Source of the DNA: a virus
Lineage: Duplodnaviria > Caudoviricetes
Virus record (IMG/VR): IMGVR_UViG_3300024275_000026
Location: 1 to 26,121 of that record
Reading direction: 5' to 3' (one strand)
DNA: 26,121 bases
Shown here: piece by piece, positions 15,597 through 23,770 of the stretch
Layout of the letters: each line of letters opens with the position of its first letter
How positions within the stretch are numbered: the first letter of the stretch is position 1
Position numbers and translations under genes: made by a program
The notes under the pieces: generated by a model
The model's input: the letters and a program-made list of their open reading frames with translations, nothing else
Database searches by the model: none
What the model was told of the DNA's origin: nothing

Positions 15597-17773
15597 CGCG
15601 GCCCCATTTGAGAGTCTTGGATAACATCAGGGTGCACCATACCGGCGGGACCCTGGGGTCGTGGCTGGCCGGGTTGCGCGCCGGGGCGCGGTGTTCCGGC
15701 CACGCCTGGCGCCGCGCCGCCGGGTACTCCCGGCTGGCCTTGCGGTGCGCCCAGTTGTTTCTGCATCTTCTGATTCATGGCCTGCTGGTGCGCCTGGATG
15801 TGCGCGCGGAAGAGGCCCATCGGATCGCCAGTGAGCGTCGCGCCGCGCATGTGCTCCGCGATGTGCCTCTGGTCGTCGTCCGCCGGATGCACTTCCGCAG
15901 GCAAACCGTTGTGCATCATCAGGTTTTCGTCCGACGGCTCGACGTGGAACAGGTTTCGCTCATCGATCAGGATGCGCGGCCCGACTTCCGGACCGAATAT
16001 CTGTTCGGTGCCCATCTCCAGAATCGGACCGACGTTCAGGCGTCTGCCGTCCAGCTGTTGCGGCGGAATGCCTCGCAGCACGTTCATCCACGCAATCATC
16101 TGCTGCATGCGCTGCATACCCGTCTGATAGGCCGTGCCGCACCAACGGAAGAAGTACCGTTCGTTGAACGCCTGCACGGGAATCTCTTCCTGCTTCGCCC
16201 GCGCGCCGACTTCGCCCATTGTTACGACAGTCAGTTCCTTCGTGCGGAACTGGCGGTCAAGTTCGAACATGCGTTCCAGCAGCGGGTTCAGGATGCAGCC
16301 TTCGTAGCGCTTGGCGTGGTCGATAATGTTCGACTGCTGTTCCTGCGCCTGCGCTGCGGCCTGCGCCTGATTCTTCCGGCCTGCCGGCATCTTGCCGAGC
16401 ATGGCGTCATTGACTTCCATGCTCTCGTTGATCTGCGCCTTGATTGCCTGACACAGGGCCACGGCATCCTTGTAGATGGCCGGGAACTGCGCGAACTGCG
16501 TCTTCTGCGGATCGGTCAGCCACACGGCTGCGAGGCCCATCACCATCGACTGATAGTTGGGGTTCGCCAGCGGATCGGTCATCACGATAGGCAGAAGCGC
16601 GTATTGCGCGCTGTCTTGCCCCATGTTCCAGTAGTCGTTCAAGTTCCACTGGAGGTACTTCACGGGTTCTACTCGCGAAATGCCGTAAATCGTTCCCTGA
16701 ATCCGCTCCACAGGCGCCGTGATGATCGGACGTTTCTTTGACCAGAACGGGTTGCGGATGATGCCGAGAATTATTTCCGGGCCGGCGTAGTAGACGAAGC
16801 AGGGTTCCTTGCCGCGTCCTTCTTCCAGTTCCAGATTCGTGTGCACCTCATAGATCAGTGCGTATTTGTACGTGCCTTCCGTGCGCACGCCGGCATCCGC
16901 CGTGCGGCGCTTGTTCGGCACGCGTTTCTGGCGCCCGCCATCCGGCTCGTTCAGGTTGTCCATGATTTCTTTCGCGTTCCAGCCGACGAAGACGCCTTCA
17001 TCGATGAACTGCTGGACGGATTCCTTCGACAGGCGCAGCCGTACCGCCGTGGCGGTCGCGCGCTCGATGTCGTTCACGGTCGGCGGGTAGACGGCCAGAT
17101 CATCAACCGCCATCGGCGTGATGTCCGGCATCTCGTCAACAATTTCCTTCTCTTCGACGTCCCATTCTTCCTCGACGGTCACGTCTTCCACATCCACGCC
17201 TGCGGCTTCGTCCGTCAGGATGGGCGGTTTCTTGACCAGTTCCGTGATCCGGCGCGTGGTCTTCATCCAGTCCACGTACAGGCACCATTGCCCCGTCACA
17301 TCGCCCGACAGCAGATCCGCGCGAACGATGTCCTTCAGGTTCGTTTTGCGGATGTAATGCTCTAGTAAGGCGAGCGTAGGAAACGGCGTAACGCTTGCGG
17401 GTCCAACAGCATCGACATGCTTGTAGTTGGCAGGGAAGAGCGTTGCCAGAGTGCGCTTACAGCGCGCATTGATGGCGTCCCGGACAGCGGGGATGTAACA
17501 CTGGCTGTTACCTGTGTACTGCTGGTTTTCGTCGGGGCGCGCATTGTAGATGTTCCAGTATTCTTCAACCCAATCGGACTGCTGCTGTTTGTTTTCCCAG
17601 CACTTCTGGATCTTCGGGTAGAGCTTGCAGGCGTCGATATAGGCTTCGCTGCCCGTATCTTCCGCGAAATTCTCCAGTTCCTCGCCCGTCTTTTCAGCGT
17701 CCAAAGCCCGTGAATCGAGGGTTTCGATTACGGGCTCTTCGACCTTCTTTTCTTCTTTCTTTTTGCGCGCCAT
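15593..17773 (-). CDS. portal protein
   Basis: 726 aa downstream of terminase. IYGISRVEPV...Q..LN and D..LG patterns, helical core, Q/P/G-rich tail as in podovirus portals. Confidence 0.85.
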   Translation of the reverse strand: MARKKKEEKKVEEPVIETLDSRALDAEKTGEELENFAEDTGSEAYIDACKLYPKIQKCWENKQQQSDWVEEYWNIYNARPDENQQYTGNSQCYIPAVRDAINARCKRTLATLFPANYKHVDAVGPASVTPFPTLALLEHYIRKTNLKDIVRADLLSGDVTGQWCLYVDWMKTTRRITELVKKPPILTDEAAGVDVEDVTVEEEWDVEEKEIVDEMPDITPMAVDDLAVYPPTVNDIERATATAVRLRLSKESVQQFIDEGVFVGWNAKEIMDNLNEPDGGRQKRVPNKRRTADAGVRTEGTYKYALIYEVHTNLELEEGRGKEPCFVYYAGPEIILGIIRNPFWSKKRPIITAPVERIQGTIYGISRVEPVKYLQWNLNDYWNMGQDSAQYALLPIVMTDPLANPNYQSMVMGLAAVWLTDPQKTQFAQFPAIYKDAVALCQAIKAQINESMEVNDAMLGKMPAGRKNQAQAAAQAQEQQSNIIDHAKRYEGCILNPLLERMFELDRQFRTKELTVVTMGEVGARAKQEEIPVQAFNERYFFRWCGTAYQTGMQRMQQMIAWMNVLRGIPPQQLDGRRLNVGPILEMGTEQIFGPEVGPRILIDERNLFHVEPSDENLMMHNGLPAEVHPADDDQRHIAEHMRGATLTGDPMGLFRAHIQAHQQAMNQKMQKQLGAPQGQPGVPGGAAPGVAGTPRPGAQPGQPRPQGPAGMVHPDVIQDSQMGPR

Positions 17774-17994
17774 TATCCGATGACTTTTCCAGCGAGCTTG
17801 CGTGCAAGGGAACTACCCGTGTTGCGGTCCTTCGGCGTTCGCGCGGGCCGGTCGTCTTCTTCCGGCTTCTTCGACGTACGTCCGAATGTAGTGTCCGTCT
17901 TCTTGCCGCCCCACGGCACACCGTGGCGCAGTTCGACGGATTCCGACCAGTTGCGCCCGTTGTTGCCGGCGCGATCCTTTTTCGTGACTTTCAT
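17773..17994 (-). CDS. small basic protein (73 aa)
   Basis: K/R-rich, GAGG SD, coupled to portal by TAATG. Confidence 0.7.
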   Translation of the reverse strand: MKVTKKDRAGNNGRNWSESVELRHGVPWGGKKTDTTFGRTSKKPEEDDRPARTPKDRNTGSSLARKLAGKVIG

Positions 17995-18128
17995 GCTGGC
18001 CTCTTTTTAGGTGCAATCTTGCGCTTCGCGCCCATCGGCGGGAGTTTGGCGCCCTTGCCGGGCGTCTTGCGCGTGTCGCGCTCCCGGCCCTGGCTGCCTT
18101 CGCTCTTGTGGTGGTCGCGGTAGCTCAC
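17991..18128 (-). CDS. small basic protein (45 aa)
   Basis: Hand translation from GTG: MSYRDHHKSEGSQGRERDTRKTPGKGAKLPPMGAKRKIAPKKRPA. ATGA overlap with the next gene. Below the ORF-track cutoff. Confidence 0.55.
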   Translation of the reverse strand: MSYRDHHKSEGSQGRERDTRKTPGKGAKLPPMGAKRKIAPKKRPA

Positions 18129-18130
18129 GA

Positions 18131-18274
18131 TCAGCCGCCCATGCGCGGCGTTTTCGGCTCGCTCTTGCCTTTGGCGGGATCGGTCGCCTTACCGCCTTTC
18201 TTCACCTGTTCGGGCGTGGCCTTCTTGCCCGGCGCGGTGTACACACGCGACATGCGGCCTTTCTTGCCTTCCAC
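18131..18274 (-). CDS. small basic protein (47 aa)
   Basis: GTG directly after the upstream TAA: MEGKKGRMSRVYTAPGKKATPEQVKKGGKATDPAKGKSEPKTPRMGG. Confidence 0.6.
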   Translation of the reverse strand: MEGKKGRMSRVYTAPGKKATPEQVKKGGKATDPAKGKSEPKTPRMGG

Positions 18275-18436
18275 TTACAGCCCCTTGCGGCGCATCTGTT
18301 CGCGCATCGGACCGCCGGTCAACTTCTCCGGGACGCTAGACGGTTTGCCTTGCGCGCCGCCTTGCTGCTTCGACTTGTAAAAGTCAACGGGATTCTGGCT
18401 GGGCGCCTTCGGTACGATGGTGCGGGAAACGGCCAT
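18275..18436 (-). CDS. small basic protein (53 aa)
   Basis: AGGAG SD: MAVSRTIVPKAPSQNPVDFYKSKQQGGAQGKPSSVPEKLTGGPMREQMRRKGL. Confidence 0.7.
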   Translation of the reverse strand: MAVSRTIVPKAPSQNPVDFYKSKQQGGAQGKPSSVPEKLTGGPMREQMRRKGL

Positions 18437-18452
18437 GGTTGCTCTCCTGAAA

Positions 18453-18980
18453 TTAGGGCATGTCCGGCCACTGCCGGTTGCTCTTGCGGAGATTATCCGA
18501 AGCTGGTAATACCTGCAAGTTTTGTTCGCAATGCAAGCCGCAAACCAGCGGATTATTTAATGGAACTGCGTGGTCCACGTGATACCACTCGCCGGTAACC
18601 ATGCCGAGAAAGTCGGCAGCGAAATAGAATTCTTTGACCTTATCGGTGTTCGCCCATTTCGGAGTCGCTTGCAAAAGCGCCGCCTTACGCTTCGCGTTGT
18701 ACTGCCTCGCCTGATGTGGGTTCAACCTGTGCCGCTCGATCCGGCCTGCGGCCTGCTTCTCTTTTGTCCGTAGATAGGTCGCGCGGCGAAGCGCCTTCAC
18801 GTGCTCCGGTTTTTCTTCCTTCTGGCGTTTCTTTTTCGCCTTGACCTTTTCCGGATTGTTTCGGGCCCACTCCAGATTCATAGCCTTCAGGCAGGGTTTG
18901 CAGTACGACTGGTAGTACTTTCCCGCTTTGTAAAATTCGCTGAAGGACTTTTCTGTTTTGCAGGTTTTACACGTTTTCAT
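18453..18980 (-). CDS. HNH endonuclease with N-terminal Zn-finger
   Basis: CKTCK.EK..SEFY...SYCKPC, then HVDHAVPL...VCGLHCEQNLQVL...DNLRKSN. More AT-rich than its neighbours. ATGA overlap with terminase. Confidence 0.88.
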   Translation of the reverse strand: MKTCKTCKTEKSFSEFYKAGKYYQSYCKPCLKAMNLEWARNNPEKVKAKKKRQKEEKPEHVKALRRATYLRTKEKQAAGRIERHRLNPHQARQYNAKRKAALLQATPKWANTDKVKEFYFAADFLGMVTGEWYHVDHAVPLNNPLVCGLHCEQNLQVLPASDNLRKSNRQWPDMP

Positions 18981-20977
18981 TTGCGGGGCAAGGTGGTGAA
19001 ATAGGCAGTTCCGTACGGATTTGTACCCCTGTGTAGATCATCTGGCAAGGAGTTTTCGCGAGAAGTCAGCACAAATACCGCCGACTCCAGCCCCTCCAGC
19101 AAGGTCCGGTGCGCGCCGCGCTCAGGCTCCGCCGCCAGTTGCCCCGTCTTGCTGACCGGGTAGCAGTAGCCGCCCGCGAGCGCGTTCAACGTCTGCCGCG
19201 CGTTGCTATCGACCAGCAACAGGCGCTTGCCCTTCATCTCCGTGCGGATCATGGGCGACAGCGCGCCGCGCGCCATGCTCGGGTAGGCTCCGCGCATCGG
19301 GTTCATCTTCGCCGTTCGCAAGGCGGTCATCAGCGGCATGCGGTCCGCCTGGTCGGCAACGTCGCCCGGTATCCAGCAGGTCAGTCTTGCTCGCGGGAAA
19401 GCTGCGCGTACAAGTTGCAGCACGTCCGGTACAGCCTGCGCTGGCACGACTGGCGAAATCCAGTCGGCAACCACGGCGAGGCGCTCACCCTCAACAGAAA
19501 CAAGCACCGCCGTAGTCTCACTCCCGTTCGCGTTGAAGCAGAGCGCCATTGCATCGCGGGCAGTAGGTTCATACCCGTCGATGATGTTGTAGCTGCCGAA
19601 GTCTTCATAGACGGGGACTCCCGAGAACACACGCTGCGCGTACGCCAGCGCGTTGAGAATGTCGCGCTTGCCGGACGGGAAGTTCAGTATCTCCGCGACC
19701 AGCTGCGCGTGCTGCCCGCGTCCGCCCACCAGTACCACGTCCCCGGCTTCGAAGAACGGCTGAAGGCCCATGATGAACTGTTCCTTGCTCCGGTCCTGCG
19801 GCGCCTGGATTGCCTTGAGCGGCAGACTCACCCCCCTTCTAAGCATCTCCGCGCGCATCGGCTGGAGCAACCACTCGTCAAGCGAATTCTTTTCTATCGC
19901 CACGTTCGCATCATCAAATCTCCTTGATGTGTCGAACGCATCCGCGATTATCTGGTCGGGTTTCCAGTACTCGCCGGAACTTGCGTGCACGTAGATCCGT
20001 GTCCCGAGTCTTGAAAGTACCACCCGGCCAGTGCGGTCGCTGCTAGTAACGCTAGCAGTTCGGGCAGGATCAACCACCAGCGTTTTCGGTAGCCAGGGCG
20101 CGGGGTCCAATGCGATTTCACGTACGTGTTCCGGTGAGAAAGGTTTGTCCGCTGTACCAACGGCTTCGAGCATGTACTCCTGCAAAAAGCCGTTCAGTTC
20201 GCCCGCGCGCTCCATCTGGTCGCGGCGCTTGCGTATCCACTCCATCGGGAAGCGTTCCGGCCACGCGGCAACAGTAGCCGGGTCATCGATATCCCCGTCG
20301 CAGATCGGCACACGTATGCTGGTCCAGTCGGGACTCTCCCGTAGCCGGACGATCATGCAGTCTTCCGCAAGCGGCGTCCCCGTTACCCGGATCTTGCCTT
20401 TCTCCTTGTCCATCGCGGGCAGCAGTTCCAGCATGATCTTGTTGATGCTCTTCTTGACGGAAGTTGCATCCTTGACCCGCTCCTTGTTCTCGATGTCGTC
20501 CAAGTACGCGCGGTCAGGCCGCAGATCGTGCCACTTGTAGCCACGGATTTCTTCCTCCCACCCGTGCGCCTCGATCATCACACCGTTGGCAAGTTCAATC
20601 TGGTTCTCGTTCCACACACGGTTCGCTACTTTCAGTTTGCCGAAAAGCGACAGCAATTTCATGTTGTGGACCGCTTCGAACTTGATCGCCTCCAGCCTCT
20701 GGCAGGCCTTCGTGTACGTCTCGCCCAGGATGATGCAGTAGCCGAAGTTTCCGAAACACGCTTCGAGCAGCAGGAATTCTTCCGACAGGGTGGACTTGGC
20801 GCCGCCCCGGAACGCCTCCACCACCACCAGTTCATCCTGGCTGCGCCACGCGTCCACTACCGCGATATGGAAAGGCGGACTGGCGTTGGGGTGCCGGTGC
20901 GGAAACACCATCGCGCTCGCCAATGCCCGGTCTTCCGAGATGACGCGCAGCGTGGCTGCGCTTGTGAGTCCTGTCAC
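18977..20977 (-). CDS. terL: terminase large subunit with extra C-terminal domain
   Basis: Walker A AFRGGAKST, Walker B AYLDDIE, motif III VTGTP, nuclease motifs VVDPA...D.TG, AIEKN, FPSGKRD. Confidence 0.92.
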   Translation of the reverse strand: MTGLTSAATLRVISEDRALASAMVFPHRHPNASPPFHIAVVDAWRSQDELVVVEAFRGGAKSTLSEEFLLLEACFGNFGYCIILGETYTKACQRLEAIKFEAVHNMKLLSLFGKLKVANRVWNENQIELANGVMIEAHGWEEEIRGYKWHDLRPDRAYLDDIENKERVKDATSVKKSINKIMLELLPAMDKEKGKIRVTGTPLAEDCMIVRLRESPDWTSIRVPICDGDIDDPATVAAWPERFPMEWIRKRRDQMERAGELNGFLQEYMLEAVGTADKPFSPEHVREIALDPAPWLPKTLVVDPARTASVTSSDRTGRVVLSRLGTRIYVHASSGEYWKPDQIIADAFDTSRRFDDANVAIEKNSLDEWLLQPMRAEMLRRGVSLPLKAIQAPQDRSKEQFIMGLQPFFEAGDVVLVGGRGQHAQLVAEILNFPSGKRDILNALAYAQRVFSGVPVYEDFGSYNIIDGYEPTARDAMALCFNANGSETTAVLVSVEGERLAVVADWISPVVPAQAVPDVLQLVRAAFPRARLTCWIPGDVADQADRMPLMTALRTAKMNPMRGAYPSMARGALSPMIRTEMKGKRLLLVDSNARQTLNALAGGYCYPVSKTGQLAAEPERGAHRTLLEGLESAVFVLTSRENSLPDDLHRGTNPYGTAYFTTLPRK

Positions 20978-21753
20978 TGGAGGTCCACGTTATCGATCAG
21001 AATCCCTTCGAACGCGCTGAACCCGTCCACCGTGCCCGTTACTGCCTTGATCCGGTTCGTCACTGTCGTCTTCTCTGCCACGAGCGCCCCTACGATCACA
21101 CTTCGCTGAACCGGAAAGAGCGGCCCCGCGATGTACTCACTGGTCGTCACGATCGTGTTCGCCACCGCATTGATCCGCGTGAAGCTGAACACAATATCGC
21201 TTGCCGCGCCCGTGCCGCCGCACTCCAGCAGCAAATCCGTCACCAGCAGCGTGAACCCCGCCGGCACGGTGTAGATCGCCTGCTTGGCATACCCATACCC
21301 GGCTCGCGCAATGGCCTGCGTGGCTCCCGCGCCCGTGACGCGCAAGGTCACATCCCCTGCGTTCGTCTGGCCGCTCCCGCCACTGGCCAGCACAAGACCG
21401 TTCACGCGCAGATAGCTGTTCACCGTCTGTACGGGCGTCACGCCAGCCATCGTCAGGACTTCCGACTGAGAGTTATAGTTCGCATCCAGTCCGGTTAGCG
21501 TGAACGTCCGCGCGCCAGTGCCCGCCGCCGTATCGTTGGCGTTGGCAGAAAGAATCTCAAGTTTGGTCGCTGCCGCCTGGAACGGGTACGCACCGCTGCC
21601 TTCCCATATGTCCGCGCCCGCCGTAACCGGGCTGGGGTGGTGCCCGTACACCGCCACCCGGCTATGCCCGCCAATGCGGTTCAGTGTCGCGGCCAGCGGG
21701 AAGACGATCTGTACCGGGTCCTGCGCGACGCTCTTCACGTATCCGTTTGCCAT
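20974..21753 (-). CDS. phage hypothetical protein, probably virion-associated
   Basis: 259 aa, T/A/G-rich beta-type sequence (NDTAAGTGART...GLDA, AIYTVPAG). GGAGG SD. Stop overlaps the terL GTG. Confidence 0.7.
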   Translation of the reverse strand: MANGYVKSVAQDPVQIVFPLAATLNRIGGHSRVAVYGHHPSPVTAGADIWEGSGAYPFQAAATKLEILSANANDTAAGTGARTFTLTGLDANYNSQSEVLTMAGVTPVQTVNSYLRVNGLVLASGGSGQTNAGDVTLRVTGAGATQAIARAGYGYAKQAIYTVPAGFTLLVTDLLLECGGTGAASDIVFSFTRINAVANTIVTTSEYIAGPLFPVQRSVIVGALVAEKTTVTNRIKAVTGTVDGFSAFEGILIDNVDLQ

Positions 21754-21777
21754 ATTCCCTCCTGGGTTTCCGCGCGA

Positions 21778-22263
21778 TTATGGCACGTGCTTCCAGGTCT
21801 TGCGAGACCGGATGAAGTGGATCGACACTTGCGACACGCCGTACTTTGCCGCCAGTTCGCGCTCTGTGGAGCGTTCGGCCCGGATTTCCCGGACATCGTT
21901 TTCCGTCAGCTTTGCGCGTGGGTGCTTCTCGCCTGCCGTTGACGTACCGTGATAAACCGTATCGGCCATGTTCACGGCGTGCGTCTCCCACTCCAGGTTC
22001 CCGTCGTTGTTATTCGTGCAGTCGCCGTCCAGGTGCCGGCACTCCGTTCCAGCTGGCGCGGGGCCGACGAACGCCTCCAGCACCAGCCGGTGAATCTGCA
22101 CGCGCCGCAGATTGCCGTTCTTCGATAGCGTCACCTGAAGCCTGCCCTGCATGTTGTAACCGGGTTTCAGGAAATGCTCCTGACCCTTGACGCGCTTCAC
22201 CATCCCTGTGTTGCTCACCTGATACCAGCCTTCGTAGCCCTTTACGTCTGCCCACTGCTCCAT
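21778..22263 (-). CDS. NUMOD4-HNH homing endonuclease with C-terminal HTH
   Basis: GGAGG SD before MEQWADVKGYEGWYQVSNTG (NUMOD4). HRLVLEAF...CRHLDG...NN..NLEW (HNH). KLTE.DV.EIR...ELAAKYGVS (HTH). Confidence 0.92.
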   Translation of the reverse strand: MEQWADVKGYEGWYQVSNTGMVKRVKGQEHFLKPGYNMQGRLQVTLSKNGNLRRVQIHRLVLEAFVGPAPAGTECRHLDGDCTNNNDGNLEWETHAVNMADTVYHGTSTAGEKHPRAKLTENDVREIRAERSTERELAAKYGVSQVSIHFIRSRKTWKHVP

Positions 22264-22276
22264 GATCGCCTCCGTG

Positions 22277-22316
22277 TTGATAAGTGAATCATAGTTAACT
22301 TGTCGCAACTTATCAA
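22277..22316 (-). promoter_or_regulatory. sigma70 promoter TTGATA-17-TATGAT heading the packaging/late genes, bracketed by a 9-bp inverted repeat
   Basis: -35 at 22316-22311, -10 at 22293-22288. TTGATAAGT at 22277-22285 and ACTTATCAA at 22308-22316. Confidence 0.7.
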
Positions 22317-22499
22317 GTGTTTTCCGGTACGCGGTTTGGGAATTGCCTCTCCAAATTTATCCACCCGTCCGGCCCGCCGGGCCAAGGTTCCCAGAGTTAA
22401 GAATGCTTCTCATTCCAAGCCGAAAACCGCTGATATATCAGGGCAAAGTTCGATAATTCCTGATTATGTCAACTTATCAGGAATGGGGAAAGTCAATGG

Positions 22500-22512
22500 A
22501 ATCAATGACTTA
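22500..22512 (+). promoter_or_regulatory. IHF-consensus site
   Basis: AATCAATGACTTA fits WATCAANNNNTTR and lies in the AT-rich intergenic region upstream of the packaging genes. Confidence 0.45.
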
Positions 22513-22773
22513 GCGAAAGTGCACATGCACAGACGCGTTATCAGACCGCGATTTACTGGCCTGGGCAATCAATATTTCAGGTTAGTGAGCGCTGACTTAC
22601 AAACTGCGAATCGATGTTTTCGAGACGCGCAGAGGAGGCCATTTCGCCACCAAATCGCAATTCGCTAACATCTTAGCGAAAGACTTTCGACGGCGCTCGC
22701 GCGTTCATAATGCGTAACGGGTTTCACTAATCGTAATTCACGCTCCGGTGTTAAAAATCCGGCCGCATTTTTC

Positions 22774-22803
22774 TTGCATTTCGTTTTGCAACTGCTATAG
22801 TGG
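22774..22803 (+). promoter_or_regulatory. sigma70 promoter (TTGCAT-16-TATAGT, extended -10) for three small plus-strand genes
   Basis: TTGCAT at 22774-22779, TG-c-TATAGT at 22793-22801, followed by AAGGAG SD and ATG at 22831. Confidence 0.75.
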
Positions 22804-22830
22804 AGTCATCAACAACGAAGGAGAAACGAA

Positions 22831-23028
22831 ATGCAAAACGTCTACGCCATCATCAACCTGGATTCCAACACGGTCGTTGCTGAAGCGACGCACTATCAGG
22901 AAGCTGCACGCGTGAGCAACCTTCTTGACGCACAGCACGAAGTCAAGGACGGCGAGCGCTACCCACACACCATCTGCCGTATCGACTCCCTCTATCTGCA
23001 TGAGCGCAAGTACGGCAAACTGAACTGA
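22831..23028 (+). CDS. hypothetical protein (65 aa), putative early gene
   Basis: Strong AAGGAG SD, directly after a promoter. Confidence 0.8.
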   Translation: MQNVYAIINLDSNTVVAEATHYQEAARVSNLLDAQHEVKDGERYPHTICRIDSLYLHERKYGKLN

Positions 23029-23073
23029 ACCGCTTATCAAGGCTCGCAAGGGCCTCTTCGAAGGAGACACATC

Positions 23074-23217
23074 ATGGTTTCAACCCTTCACACCGTCCTG
23101 ATCCTGCTCGCGAACGCCTACATGGAAGTCGCGTGCCCTGACATGGAAGCGCCTGAAATGCGCCGGCACTGGCTCATACGTCGCACGGTTGACCTCCGCC
23201 ACGTGGTGTGGTGCTGA
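23074..23217 (+). CDS. hypothetical protein (47 aa), putative early gene
   Basis: AAGGAG SD. Hand translation MVSTLHTVLILLANAYMEVACPDMEAPEMRRHWLIRRTVDLRHVVWC. Confidence 0.7.
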   Translation: MVSTLHTVLILLANAYMEVACPDMEAPEMRRHWLIRRTVDLRHVVWC

Positions 23218-23218
23218 C

Positions 23219-23401
23219 ATGATCCGCTACGCCATCCTGATCCCCGGTGACGAGATGATCGGCTTCATCGACTGCGCGGGCCGCCCCACGCTGGAAATGT
23301 GCGCCGACGCGCTGGCAGAGGAAGCCGGCTTCCCGGACCGCGACTCCTTCCTTCTCGCCAACCCCGAACTGAACACAATCGGCTTCGCGCCCATCCACTA
23401 A
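23219..23401 (+). CDS. hypothetical protein (60 aa), putative early gene
   Basis: ATG 1 nt after the upstream stop (MIRYAILIPGD...). Ends just before a terminator. Confidence 0.7.
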   Translation: MIRYAILIPGDEMIGFIDCAGRPTLEMCADALAEEAGFPDRDSFLLANPELNTIGFAPIH

Positions 23402-23405
23402 CGCA

Positions 23406-23435
23406 AACGGCCCACAGCGGGCCGTTCTTCTTTTC
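23406..23435 (+). terminator. intrinsic terminator between convergent genes
   Basis: AACGGCCC-acagc-GGGCCGTT followed by CTTCTTTT. Confidence 0.75.
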
Positions 23436-23448
23436 TGCTGCCTCGGTA

Positions 23449-23634
23449 TCACTCCCTCTCTACAAACGGCTCTTGCGCCTTCCTCGCGCGCGAGGCAGCC
23501 TCTGCCAACTCGGTGTCCGCATACGTGATACACGGCTGGCACCATAGCGGCCCTTCCCACCTCACCAGCTCCAGCAGGCGCACGCTGAACTCCCGGCCAC
23601 AGCATACGCACAGCACTGAGTCGTCTTTTCTCAT
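23449..23634 (-). CDS. small Cys-rich (CxxC...CxxC) hypothetical protein
   Basis: CVCCG...WCQPC pairs, AAGG SD upstream. Confidence 0.6.
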   Translation of the reverse strand: MRKDDSVLCVCCGREFSVRLLELVRWEGPLWCQPCITYADTELAEAASRARKAQEPFVERE

Positions 23635-23654
23635 AATTTACGTTTTCCTTTCAA

Positions 23655-23770
23655 CCTCACTTTATCGTTCCCTCACATTCTCACATCCCCTAAAGGGGGG
23701 GATGTGAGTGTGAGGAAGTGAGGAAGTAATCTGAGTATCTGAGTTAGTAATCTGAGGGAATGTGAGGAAT
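23655..23770. repeat. palindrome plus convergent TGAG/CTCA iterons, candidate replication origin
   Basis: CTCACATCCCC (23680-23690) and GGGGATGTGAG (23698-23708) form an inverted repeat. Seven TGAG copies on the right, three CTCAC on the left. Directly downstream of primase-helicase. Confidence 0.65.

Noticed and set aside
11289-16741. Long plus-strand ORFs such as 11289..12698, 13899..14900 and 15608..16741 (also 1202..2212 and 2053..3102)
   Set aside because: Antisense shadows of GC-rich minus-strand genes, with no SD or domain motifs.
22300-22668. 122-aa plus-strand ORF in the intergenic region
   Set aside because: TTG start without SD, atypical composition, and it overlaps a promoter and many palindromes.
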